Shown here in pieces: positions 7,920-16,951 of a DNA stretch of 20,416 nucleotides. Position 1 is the first letter of the stretch, and the number at the start of each line of letters is the position of its first letter. The DNA comes from Deltaproteobacteria bacterium TL4. GTDB taxonomy: Bacteria; SAR324; NAC60-12. The stretch is from positions 1-20,416 of the forward strand of contig JBBCAX010000198.1 of assembly GCA_051382335.1 (NCBI GenBank), in the 5' to 3' direction. The notes under the pieces were generated by a model, which saw only the letters and a list, made by a program, of their open reading frames with translations, searched no databases and had not been told where the DNA came from. Both the position numbers and the translations under genes were made by a program.

Positions 7920-9404
7920 TTACATCAGTTGTTGCAGGATCTCCAGGATTTGTTGGTGATATCGTCCATCACTGACAATAATTCCCTTAATCCCTTCCAG
8001 CGTTTGCCCGTTAAACACCAAGGGTTGCCCTCGCGTATCTGTTACCAGGCCTCCCGCTTCAGTTACAAGCAAGAGTCCTGCCGCGTGATCCCAGGCGTTC
8101 TCAACCCATCCAGGTTGAATTCTCAGGTAGAGGGACGCGATCCCTGAGGCGAGGCAGGCGTATTTAACCTGACTGTCTAATTTCAAAGGGGGTATTTCAA
8201 TCCCCAGCCGTTTCAGGAGTTGGGGCAAAACAGAATTTTTTGAATGATTTTTTGATTCACAACTCATTAATTGATTCAAACTTCCTGTCCGGTTGACAGA
8301 GAGGAGTGTCTCTTTGGCGTTGGTCTCAATTCGGTAGGCACCAAAATTTTTTATAGCGTAAAAAATTTCTGCGGATAGCGGAGACAATTGGTTGAAGTTC
8401 GGACATCCCAAGACACTCATTTGCACCTCCCCTTTTTTGACCAGTGCCAAGGCAATGGCATATTGTTCGCCACTGATGAACCCTTTCGTGCCATCAATGG
8501 GATCCAGATACCATTGTCGTAACGCCTGCGGATTCCCTTTGTCTTCAAGCAACGTCATCATTTCCTCTTCAGAAATTTCCATCACAGTTTGCAACGAAGT
8601 CAGCACCACTTTTCTTAATTTTAAATTTTCCCGCAAGAGGGAGGAATCTTCTTCCGCAAAGACACGATCTTCAGGAAATTCCTTTTTTAGTGACTTTCGA
8701 ATGATGACCTGTCCACAGAGATCCGCGGCGGTCACGGGGGATTCATCTTGTTTGGTTTGGATATTTGTTGAGTTGAGGGTCTTCTGCATTTTCTGCAGTA
8801 ATTGTGAGGCGGTTTGAACAGCGCTGAGCGCTATTTCCAAGTCTTTCTGCCGATACACTCCAAAATAGGTTGTTTTGTTTTCTTGTCTTTCCTCATAACC
8901 GTCTTTTCTGAATTCATCATGATGCAGATCATATCTGAAGAGATGCGTTTCATAGATTGTTTTAAGTCCAGGATAAGATTGAGAATATTTTTCTTCGATT
9001 CGGGAGGTGCCTCTTTGAATTTCGCCAATAACGTCAAGTTGCAGTTCTTCCTGAAGGGCTCGTTTTGCACCCATTTCAGGAGTCTCCTGAAGCAGTAATT
9101 TTTCTGAGACCGAGGCTTCTAAAAATGATCGAACCCGTACCCGACCATCATTAAACTCCTGACGATCTTCACGGATGACATATCGTTGCCCCTCTTCAGT
9201 TTTGTAATGGACCCGAATGGAGACAACCCGAATCTTGCGGATCAGGGTCTTGTTCCGAATTTCCAAAAAAGTTTCACCATCTTGAAGCTCTTTCCACAGA
9301 TTTTCCAAAGTTTTTGCTTCGCCCACTCCAAAAAGTTGAGAGTTGATCCCATGGGATTCCATCACAGCTTCCAGTTCATTAATATTTGAAATATTCATAG
9401 GCAC
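7920..9404 (-). CDS. Two-domain protein: N-terminal Nudix-like domain fused to a HAL2/SAL1-type 3'(2'),5'-bisphosphate nucleotidase (inositol monophosphatase superfamily)
   Basis: C-terminal ~310 aa: KQDESPVTAAD, AEEDS, LDPIDGTKGF, EQYAIALAL, VLGCPN, LDSQVKY...YLR, WDHAAG..LVTEAGGLVTD. N-terminal ~182 aa contains the variant Nudix box EKLLLQETPEMGAKRALQEELQL. Start is GTG 9404 or ATG 9398. Confidence 0.88.
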   Translation of the reverse strand: MPMNISNINELEAVMESHGINSQLFGVGEAKTLENLWKELQDGETFLEIRNKTLIRKIRVVSIRVHYKTEEGQRYVIREDRQEFNDGRVRVRSFLEASVSEKLLLQETPEMGAKRALQEELQLDVIGEIQRGTSRIEEKYSQSYPGLKTIYETHLFRYDLHHDEFRKDGYEERQENKTTYFGVYRQKDLEIALSAVQTASQLLQKMQKTLNSTNIQTKQDESPVTAADLCGQVIIRKSLKKEFPEDRVFAEEDSSLLRENLKLRKVVLTSLQTVMEISEEEMMTLLEDKGNPQALRQWYLDPIDGTKGFISGEQYAIALALVKKGEVQMSVLGCPNFNQLSPLSAEIFYAIKNFGAYRIETNAKETLLSVNRTGSLNQLMSCESKNHSKNSVLPQLLKRLGIEIPPLKLDSQVKYACLASGIASLYLRIQPGWVENAWDHAAGLLLVTEAGGLVTDTRGQPLVFNGQTLEGIKGIIVSDGRYHQQILEILQQLM

Positions 9405-9765
9405 TTTCTTGGAATTGAAATTAAATTTTTGAAATAAAGTAACGACTCAGTCTTTAAATGAAGTTCGCTATACGTTCATCGGGTTAAGTCTTCACTTTTG
9501 AAACTTAAGGTAGGGGACCGCTTAAGTGAAGCGAGCGCACCACTTGTGGATTTCATTGACTGTCGACGAAATACAGACGAAATCTCCTTGAGGTTACCAA
9601 AACAGATCAAGGGTATCAATGTTATTTTGGAATGAATGATTTTAAGAGGAGGTGACTTCATAAAACGTTGATGCTGGACACTTTGTCAAATTACTGATAC
9701 ACATGTTTTATATTCTTTCATCCAGGGCGTGGGGTCGATGGATAAAGACATAGGAGGGGAATTTT

Positions 9766-12024
9766 ATGTTTGAAACGATGGGGGGAATAATGACGAAGAG
9801 AAGAGGCACATTCTTTATGATTGTCGTTCTGGCAATCATGGTTACCACAGATCTATGCACCATGCTTTGGCTTCATTCGCTTCCCGTAGTGGTTGGTAGC
9901 CTCATGGAGAGCGTTGTTCTCACCGCAGTGATGGGACCAGCGCTGTATTTCGCGTTTTTAGTGCCATTACATTCTCAAATCAAAAAACTGCACCAAACTG
10001 AAGAGCAATTAAAGTCTGCCAATGCACAACTGAAACAATCGGTGTGGGAGCGAAACGATTCCTTAATCCAGGTCGACAAAAAACTGGCGCAAAGAGCGAA
10101 AGAGTTGAACCTCGTTGAACTAGAGAAACGGGTCAGTCAAGATCAATTTTACAACCTGACCTTAACCGCAAAGGATGCCATTCTTGGCATGGATGATAAA
10201 GGCTTGATTTATCTCTGGAATGACGCGGCAACCCGTATGTTTGGCTATAATCGAGAAGAAGCCTTGGGGAAGTCGCTGCATCAGCTCATTGCGCCGAAAA
10301 GATACCAGGAAAAAGCCGAGCAGGGATTGACGACGTTTTATAAAACAGGTTCCGGAATCTTGACTGAAAATACGTGCGAATACTGGGCACTGCGAAAAGA
10401 TGGCACCGAGTTTCCTGTAGAGTTATCGGTTTCAGGATTCAAAAATGGGGATCATTGGTTTGCGACAGGAATCATCAGGGATATCACGGATCGTAAGGAA
10501 GCGGAAAAAGAACGTAATATGCTGGCCATGGCCGTTCATCAAACGACAGAAGCGGTCCTTGTTACGGATGAACGGGGCCGACCCCAATACACCAACCCCG
10601 CTTTTGCGAAAATCACAGGTTTTAGTCCTGAGGAGATTTTCGAGGGTACGGACTCTCCCCTGAAACGGGCAGTGGAACATCACCCAATGTACCAGAAAGT
10701 CCTGGATACACTGAGTCAGGGTGAGCTTTGGAGTGGACAAGTAAAATTTTTTAAGAAAGCGGGTACGCCTTTTGTCGCAGACCTCACGATTTCTCCCATT
10801 CGTGATGAGAATCAGGTCATTGTTAACTATGTTGCTGTTATTTATGATGTGAGTCAAGAAATCGCATGGCAGCAGAGACAAGGGCAGACACAGCGGATCG
10901 AAGCCTTGGGAACCCTTGCGGGGGGGATTGCGCATGATTTTAATAATGTGTTAATGATCATCCTTGGATTCACAGAGCTACTTCTGCAAGAACGCAAATC
11001 GGAGCTAGACCATTTGTTTTTGAATAAAATCAAAAGCTCCGCCAGACGAGGCGCCGATTTGGTACGGCAAATTCTTACCTTTGCCCGCACAGAAAATGAA
11101 GAACTCGTCCCCAGTAATATTGTTCCTGTTGTCAAAGAATCGCTGAAGTTGATGAGAACGCTCATTCCAAAACAAGTCGAGCTGATTGAGGATATTTCTT
11201 CTTCATGTCCCTCCGTTGTGTGTGATACCACTCAGATTCATCAAATCATCATCAACTTATGCACCAATGCCTATCACTCAATTTCGGAAGATACCGGTCA
11301 AATACGTATTTCATTAAGGTCTGTGGAATTAGACGCGGAACACCCTGAACATCTGGGGTTAAAGTCAGGCTCCTACCTTCATTTACAAGTTCAGGATACG
11401 GGCTGCGGAATACCTCCTGAAAATATCGAGCGGATTTTTGACCCGTTTTTTACCACAAAACCCGTGAGTAAGGGAACCGGTTTGGGTTTAGCGGTTGTCT
11501 ATCGGATTTTGAACCGTCATCAGGGCATGATAACGGTTGATAGTATTGTAGGAAAAGGAACAACCTTTCATGTTTATCTGCCTACTGTCATGGAGAAACC
11601 TGCGAATCAAAATCTTGAAATGACGCTTCGAAAAGGAAATGAACGGATACTGATTGTTGATGATGAGGAAGAATTGTTGCTCCTGTACAATGAAAGTTTA
11701 GGCTGGTTGGGGTATCACATTACCGTCGCACGAAACGGTGAGGAAGCGTTTCAAATATTTTCTGAAAATCCAGATCAATTTGATCTGCTCTTTACAGACC
11801 ATAATATGCCTAAAATGACAGGCTTGGAACTCAGTCAGCGGATCTTGCGACTTAGAAAAAATCTTCCCGTCATCCTGGTTTCTGGTTTCAGCGAGCAGAT
11901 TTCCAAGGCTAAAATTGAGGCTTTAGGGATTAAACATTGGTATGATAAGCCTCTGAGAGCGACCTATCTAACACAAATCATCGGTGAAATTTTTGACAGA
12001 AAATCCGGTGGTGTCCCAGATTGA
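9766..12024 (+). CDS. Membrane-bound hybrid sensor histidine kinase (TM-PAS-PAS-HisKA-HATPase_c-REC)
   Basis: Two N-terminal TMs; PAS motifs [11 protein letters not shown]...[14 protein letters not shown]...RDITDRK and [12 protein letters not shown]-box [12 protein letters not shown]-box [26 protein letters not shown]; receiver ILIVDDE...[14 protein letters not shown]...KP. SD AGGAGG upstream. Confidence 0.95.
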   Translation: MFETMGGIMTKRRGTFFMIVVLAIMVTTDLCTMLWLHSLPVVVGSLMESVVLTAVMGPALYFAFLVPLHSQIKKLHQTEEQLKSANAQLKQSVWERNDSLIQVDKKLAQRAKELNLVELEKRVSQDQFYNLTLTAKDAILGMDDKGLIYLWNDAATRMFGYNREEALGKSLHQLIAPKRYQEKAEQGLTTFYKTGSGILTENTCEYWALRKDGTEFPVELSVSGFKNGDHWFATGIIRDITDRKEAEKERNMLAMAVHQTTEAVLVTDERGRPQYTNPAFAKITGFSPEEIFEGTDSPLKRAVEHHPMYQKVLDTLSQGELWSGQVKFFKKAGTPFVADLTISPIRDENQVIVNYVAVIYDVSQEIAWQQRQGQTQRIEALGTLAGGIAHDFNNVLMIILGFTELLLQERKSELDHLFLNKIKSSARRGADLVRQILTFARTENEELVPSNIVPVVKESLKLMRTLIPKQVELIEDISSSCPSVVCDTTQIHQIIINLCTNAYHSISEDTGQIRISLRSVELDAEHPEHLGLKSGSYLHLQVQDTGCGIPPENIERIFDPFFTTKPVSKGTGLGLAVVYRILNRHQGMITVDSIVGKGTTFHVYLPTVMEKPANQNLEMTLRKGNERILIVDDEEELLLLYNESLGWLGYHITVARNGEEAFQIFSENPDQFDLLFTDHNMPKMTGLELSQRILRLRKNLPVILVSGFSEQISKAKIEALGIKHWYDKPLRATYLTQIIGEIFDRKSGGVPD

Positions 12025-12330
12025 CTTCCAAAAAACAGAAGAAAAGGAAGAAAAAAAGATGCCGTCGGATTTAGTCTATGCGACGGTCAAAAAAGAAAGA
12101 GAACAGGGCAGGGTGGTCTATGCTGTTCAGACCCTGGTCTTCGGAACTATGAGGATGCTGGGACTTTGGCTTGGCCATTCCAAAGTCAGCAAAACGCTCA
12201 ATACCTCTTTGTGGAGAGGCACAATGGTACCGATAGACACCAGAATTCACGGAAGGTTCGAAAGACCTACGACTTTTCTAAAAATTGGGAGGTCCACAAT
12301 GCGTGCTCTTATTTTGGGGCCTGGAACTAC
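12025..12330 (+). pseudogene. Degraded internal fragment of an IS1-family transposase with a frameshift
   Basis: MPSDLVYATVKKEREQGRVVYAVQTLVFGT...SKTLNTS in one frame continues as FVERHNGTDRHQNSRKVRKTYDFSKNWEVH in another frame. The shift is a one-base loss in the T-run at about 12208-12210 (ACC TCT TT GTG GAG). N- and C-termini are missing. Confidence 0.8.
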
Positions 12331-12368
12331 CCAAAAACCTCGAACACCTGGGCGGTGCGCTGGTCTGG

Positions 12369-13217
12369 CTATTCAGGAACCAGCCATTCCACACGGTAGC
12401 CGGCTTCCGTTTCCTGCGCAAGCAAGGGCGTCAGGTGGTTACAGAGATTTTGCATTTGTTCGTTTAAATGCCATGGCGGATTGACCACCAGAATTCCGCT
12501 TCCGTGCATTCCCCAGTCCGGTGCCGCTTTAGCTACCCAGAGCTCACTTCTCAGTATTTTGCGTAATCCGGACTGTTGAAAGGAATCCATCAGTATGGAG
12601 GAACGATCAATCGCATTGGCAAGCAGGGGATACCAGATGATAAAAATCCCCGCACTCCATTTTTTGTGAACTTCGGTAACCGTTCTGGCGATCAGAGCGT
12701 ACTCCTTTTTGTCTTCATAGGCGGGATCAATCAGCACGATTCCGCGTTTGACCTTGGGAGGGGTGAGTCCGATCAGACTTTGGAATCCATCCCGATGATA
12801 AAGCGAAACTCCCCGCTTTCCCCCCAGATTTGCCTTTAGAATTTCAAATTCGGTCGAGTGCAATTCCATCAATTGCAAAACGTCCTGCGGCCGTGACATA
12901 AAGGCCGCTACCATGGGAGAACCGGGATACCAGACCAGCGATTCCTCATGGTTGAGCGATTCAAGCAGGGAAAAATATTCGGACAGTTCCGCAAAGTGCT
13001 CACGGTGTTGCCAAAGACGAATAATCCCACTTTGAAATTCTTCCTTTTTTTTTGCCATGACGCTTCGGAGATCATAGCAACCCGCACCGGCATGGGTATC
13101 ATAGTAACAAAAAGGAGTCTCCTTTTTTTTCAAATGAGACAGGATGAGTGTCAGTGCTGTGTGTTTCAAAATATCTGCATGATTTCCAGCGTGAAACGCG
13201 TGTCGATAGCTTAACAT
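12369..13217 (-). CDS. rlmJ: 23S rRNA (adenine2030-N6)-methyltransferase RlmJ
   Basis: MLSYRHAFHAGNHADILKH, YYDTHAGAG, YPGSP, RGIVLIDPAYE, IWYP, GMHGSG..VVNPPW signature. Confidence 0.96.
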   Translation of the reverse strand: MLSYRHAFHAGNHADILKHTALTLILSHLKKKETPFCYYDTHAGAGCYDLRSVMAKKKEEFQSGIIRLWQHREHFAELSEYFSLLESLNHEESLVWYPGSPMVAAFMSRPQDVLQLMELHSTEFEILKANLGGKRGVSLYHRDGFQSLIGLTPPKVKRGIVLIDPAYEDKKEYALIARTVTEVHKKWSAGIFIIWYPLLANAIDRSSILMDSFQQSGLRKILRSELWVAKAAPDWGMHGSGILVVNPPWHLNEQMQNLCNHLTPLLAQETEAGYRVEWLVPE

Positions 13218-13288
13218 ATACGGTAGAGGTTGATAAACGTGTTTTGATCAAAGTGGAAACCCATAACACCCTTGAGTTCCTGGAAGAA

Positions 13289-13486
13289 TTAATCAAGGAG
13301 ACTTACTTTGCGGCCCTGATCCCCCATCAAACTGAAATCACCTCCCTTGTCTTTGTAAAGTGGAAGTTCCGTACTTGGCTCTGACGCCAGTAAGTTCGTA
13401 GAACCGCAGCCTAAAACATAACTCAGCCCCCAAATAGCGGTGATTATCGCACAGAAGGATTTTAGTGAGTTTTTTGAGTGTTTCAT
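13289..13486 (-). pseudogene. Truncated SCO1/SenC-like (thioredoxin-fold) exported protein, N-terminus only
   Basis: Signal peptide with VLG-C, then LPLYKDKGGDFSLMGDQGRKVSLLD*, matching the GGDFxL.D..G..V.L.D start of SCO domains. It stops before the CxxxC motif. The ATG overlaps the upstream stop (ATGA). Confidence 0.6.
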
Positions 13487-14037
13487 AAACAATGCCTTTG
13501 ATAATTTTGGATTTTATCCAATAATCGTTCAGACAATAAAGGACTTCCCTCCTTCAAAAGGTCATAGATGACTTGCGCTTCATCACCATATTTTTTGATT
13601 TTATCCGTATTCCAGTGAGAGGGAGGCGGTTGTAAGTTAGCGATCCGGTCTGCTAATTTTACCATCCAAATTTCGCGAGGTTGTTGTCGAATCCGGTTTA
13701 AACTGTCCTGCAGTTGCAACTCTTTTTCTATACCGGGATCTTTGCTTAAAGCCAGAACACCATTTGCGACGTTCACTCCAAAATTTTGACGAAGATGATC
13801 ATACGTGGTTGCCGTGTCTTCAATTACGTCATGAAGCAGCGCGCATTGTATCGCCAGGTTTGGATCATGGACGTGTTCCACACTGAGAATCGCGGTGACT
13901 TCCATGGTCACCCAGCCAATATGTGTGAGATACGGTAAGTCTGACCCTGGCAATTGCTGATGATTGTGTACCTCTGCCGCAAATCGCCAGGCTTCGCTGT
14001 ACCGTTCTTGAGACCACAGTGCCTTTTTGAAGAACAT
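13483..14037 (-). CDS. HD-domain small alarmone hydrolase (Mesh1/RelA-SpoT hydrolase-like)
   Basis: FAAEVHNHQ...DLPYLTH...ALLHDVIEDT...VKLADRIANL. Single domain with no synthetase. ATG at 14037 preceded by GGAGA. Confidence 0.88.
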   Translation of the reverse strand: MFFKKALWSQERYSEAWRFAAEVHNHQQLPGSDLPYLTHIGWVTMEVTAILSVEHVHDPNLAIQCALLHDVIEDTATTYDHLRQNFGVNVANGVLALSKDPGIEKELQLQDSLNRIRQQPREIWMVKLADRIANLQPPPSHWNTDKIKKYGDEAQVIYDLLKEGSPLLSERLLDKIQNYQRHCL

Positions 14038-14266
14038 AAGATCTCCAAGTTTAGGTTTTGGGTAACAATTCGTTGAACGGGCGTCTTTTTTCTGTTTTGG
14101 CACGTTCCCGCAGGAGATCCTCAAGCCTGTGTTCCACCATCATAACCACCGCGTCTCCGAGTCTTTGTGGCAATACCTGAGTCGCCACAAAAATTCAAAC
14201 CTTTTAGAATTAAAATTATAAACGGACCTCTGGGAGGCTTAACTTTGGACACATTTTTGGGGATAA

Positions 14267-14353
14267 ATACTCCGAAGGCGTTCCCTAATTTAGCCCAGGG
14301 TTGCGAAGCTACCCTGGGTATTTGTCCCGAGTTTTTATATCCTGAAAGGGTTT
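14267..14353. repeat. REP-like multi-hairpin element
   Basis: ACTCCGAAGGCGTT...TAGCCCAGGGTTGCGAAGCTACCCTGGG...ATCCTGAAAGGGTT: central CCCAGGGT/ACCCTGGG stem (14294-14318) flanked by two short hairpins. It resembles the AACCCTGAAAGGGTT / AGCCCAGGGTTG..CTACCCTGGG repeat class. Confidence 0.65.
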
Positions 14354-14366
14354 ATTAAAAAAGCCT

Positions 14367-16238
14367 TTAAAAGTAATAGCCTAATTGAAGTTCGTGAAAG
14401 GTGGTGTTTATTGAAGCGCTTTGGTATCTGGAGATGAAATGATTTTGTAAACGCAACTCCCAATTTTTCCCCCAGGAGAGGGCTTGGCCCAGAAATGAGC
14501 TTATATAATAATCTTTGGGAAAGTTTTTCTGTGTGTCATACCTCAGCACTTGTTTTAATTGTATTTTGTAATAGCGCCAGGGATTGTCTAAAAGGCCCCA
14601 TTCTACAAAAGGCCCCAGGCGACAGGAGGTTTCGAAATCTTTGGAAAATTCTCCAAAACCCCCAATAATCAAAGAGAGAAGCGCTTTCGAAATGCCCAAA
14701 TAGAAACTCCCGCCCATTCCCGCATCCACATCAAACTTATAGCAGTCGCTACATTTCAAATCATAAATCTTTTGGTAATTGACGCCTAATTTCCAGGAAA
14801 CGCGAGGATCAAATGAAGTGTAAGGTTGAAGTGAAACGATGTTGACAAAACGGATCTGCAAAATATCCATTAAATTTTTTTCATAATGGTATTCAAGCCC
14901 CAAGCCCAATAAATCGATCTGCGAAAACTTTTCAAAACCTAAATCATCAGAGAGAAGATCCTGCAGAACCGAACTGAAATGGATACCAAGTATTTGTGAG
15001 CCATTCAGGTTTCCCATCCCGACGGAAATTCTTGAAGCCTCATGCCCGAATTCAGGACCCTCTTTTGGGTAAGGTACCACAGGTTCTACAGGCGATTTTT
15101 CGGTTATTTGCGCTCTGCTTAACAGGATTCTCCGAAAAAGGAGGGTATCCTCTTCTGAAAGTTTGCCCTTGGCTTCCCTTTTCCTAAAATTCCAATAGGC
15201 AATCAACGCATCTAAAAGGTTCACATCCTTTAGGGTTTGGGGGTCGATGTCCCCCTTATTGACCGCAAAGAAAATCCCTTGTTCCCTAGCGTCCAAGGTT
15301 TCCAGTTTTTCGCTTAATTGTTTTTTGAAGGAAGGGCGGAAATGAACTTTTCTAATGGCGCCAGGAATTTTTGCGGCAAGTTTTATGGCATCACTTGGTA
15401 AATAATACCACCTTTTTACATTTGATAAATTCCAGTCAGGATTTCCCAACTCCAGGACCTCGCTCATCATGAAAGAACAGTTTTCAGTTAAGAAATAATA
15501 GTCAAAATAAGTCGTGGAGTAGAGCTCCCAAAGATGATTGAGGATCTGTTCTATTCCTTCCTGCGAGAGATTCAGTTCATATTCATAGAGGTCCCGGCTT
15601 TCCGAATTAGTATATTCATTGACTTTCATATAATAAGGGGAAATGACAAACGAGCCCTTATAGCCTCCGGTCAAGCCCTTAAAAGCATAAACAAGACCTT
15701 TGGTCTCACCCTCGGTATAGGCCGCATAACTTGCTGAATAATCCAACAGTTCGTTCTTTTGCTCCCGGTTAAAGCGAATGAAGGTATGTCCGAAAATTGA
15801 GGCTGGATTGTTTGGGAATGAGGAGGAAAAAATCAAAACGATCGCTTTTGCACCGAGGCCCTCCTTCCACTCCTTGAAATCGGAGCAGGGCAAAGCTTCG
15901 GTTTTGACGAAGCCCGCTTTCTTTAGGAAGCGATATCGTTCGGTGAAAACACACTGAGGCGGTTGCTTAAAATATCCAACGCGCGCCGAAGCATCCTGAA
16001 AACTCGCGAGGGTGGCCTCCAATTCCAGCGCGGGATTCCATTTTCCGTCAGGATGCAGAAAAAACAAGGGACCGTCTACCCTGCTGATTTCATGCCCAAG
16101 CCAATTTTTCTCATAGTGCAGGAGCTTCAACCAATAGCGTTCCAGACCCTTGTTTTCCAATTGCTGATAAAAGGAAGCCGCATACGAAGACGTGGTGATA
16201 ACCAAACAAAAACCGATAAAAAGGATCTTCATGGCCAT
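14367..16238 (-). CDS. DUF4105 (Lnb N-terminal, papain-like) domain protein with a C-terminal outer-membrane beta-barrel
   Basis: Signal peptide (SSYA-A); WLKLLHY...SRVDGPLFFLHPDGKWNPALELEAT; SIFGHTFIRF; KGLTGGYKG; ESRDLYEYELNL; FDYYFLTENCS; C-terminal amphipathic strands ending LGYYF. Start placed at ATG 16238, overlapping the upstream stop (TAATG). Confidence 0.85.
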   Translation of the reverse strand: MAMKILFIGFCLVITTSSYAASFYQQLENKGLERYWLKLLHYEKNWLGHEISRVDGPLFFLHPDGKWNPALELEATLASFQDASARVGYFKQPPQCVFTERYRFLKKAGFVKTEALPCSDFKEWKEGLGAKAIVLIFSSSFPNNPASIFGHTFIRFNREQKNELLDYSASYAAYTEGETKGLVYAFKGLTGGYKGSFVISPYYMKVNEYTNSESRDLYEYELNLSQEGIEQILNHLWELYSTTYFDYYFLTENCSFMMSEVLELGNPDWNLSNVKRWYYLPSDAIKLAAKIPGAIRKVHFRPSFKKQLSEKLETLDAREQGIFFAVNKGDIDPQTLKDVNLLDALIAYWNFRKREAKGKLSEEDTLLFRRILLSRAQITEKSPVEPVVPYPKEGPEFGHEASRISVGMGNLNGSQILGIHFSSVLQDLLSDDLGFEKFSQIDLLGLGLEYHYEKNLMDILQIRFVNIVSLQPYTSFDPRVSWKLGVNYQKIYDLKCSDCYKFDVDAGMGGSFYLGISKALLSLIIGGFGEFSKDFETSCRLGPFVEWGLLDNPWRYYKIQLKQVLRYDTQKNFPKDYYISSFLGQALSWGKNWELRLQNHFISRYQSASINTTFHELQLGYYF

Positions 16239-16723
16239 TAAGTCAAACGACAACTCCTGGAAAGATCCGCATTATCCTGTATTTGCTGAATAACGTTTTG
16301 GTACACTTCCGCCGGTGTGATCTTGTCAAAAGCATAGATTGTCTCATAATTCTTTTGCATCACGTCCCCAAACGTCTCCATAACCTCACCGCAGCCAAGA
16401 ACCTCGGCAAAACCGGTAAGGAATTCCCCATTTCCCATGGGCATTTCCATCATCAAATTTGAGAAATTGGCTTCCGTATAATGAATGCCTTTCGCTTCAT
16501 TTCTGACGAGGCTATGTTTACTACAACCTGAAGTTCCAGAAGTCATTGAAAAAGAGGGACTAAACGTTGCGTTAGTTGTACCTCGGGTGGATGTAGCCAA
16601 AAACGTCGAATCACCATTAACCTCCCATCCAAGGCCACAACCGTCACTTGAGTCTCGAGCAAACAAATCGAAGGGGATCAATGTCAGCATAATAATCAGG
16701 AATACATAACTTGTTTTTTTCAT
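16238..16723 (-). CDS. DUF3015 family secreted protein
   Basis: Signal peptide; DGCGLG...ATSTRGTTNAT...FSMTSGTSGC...GNGEFLTGFAEVLGC...terminal C pattern; AAGGAG SD upstream. Confidence 0.85.
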   Translation of the reverse strand: MKKTSYVFLIIMLTLIPFDLFARDSSDGCGLGWEVNGDSTFLATSTRGTTNATFSPSFSMTSGTSGCSKHSLVRNEAKGIHYTEANFSNLMMEMPMGNGEFLTGFAEVLGCGEVMETFGDVMQKNYETIYAFDKITPAEVYQNVIQQIQDNADLSRSCRLT

Positions 16724-16903
16724 GGGAAGACTCCTTTGCCAAAATCAAATATTGTTAAAAATGATTTATTTAAAGCTGAAATAGCAATTTTTCGCTAACA
16801 AAATCAATAGCCCAATTGTCTACTTCACCTTGGTTACATAGGGCACATAACCTCAGCATGTCAATGCAAAAATCATGGGATTTCAGGCCGGTCTCCGCTC
16901 GTG

Positions 16904-16934
16904 TGAGGCAAAGTTGAGGCAAAGTTGAGGCAAA
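16904..16934. repeat. 11-bp tandem direct repeat (TGAGGCAAAGT x ~2.8)
   Basis: TGAGGCAAAGT TGAGGCAAAGT TGAGGCAAA, followed by a degenerate AAGGCAACAAGT. Confidence 0.9.
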
Positions 16935-16951
16935 AAGGCAACAAGTAAGGA

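Noticed and set aside
9476..9661. 61-aa minus-strand ORF, and a strong SD-like GAGGAGGTGA on the plus strand near 9646
   Set aside because: The ORF has no SD or recognisable motif; the plus-strand SD has no suitably spaced start codon or ORF.
11984..12484. 166-aa and 77-aa ORFs as independent genes
   Set aside because: They are pieces of one frameshifted transposase relic; the tails run antisense into rlmJ.
9439..14188. GTAACGACTCAG (9439-9450) and CTGAGTCGCCAC (14177-14188) as inverted ends of a 4.7-kb element
   Set aside because: Only 10 of 12 bases match, with no target duplication or intact recombinase; compatible with chance.
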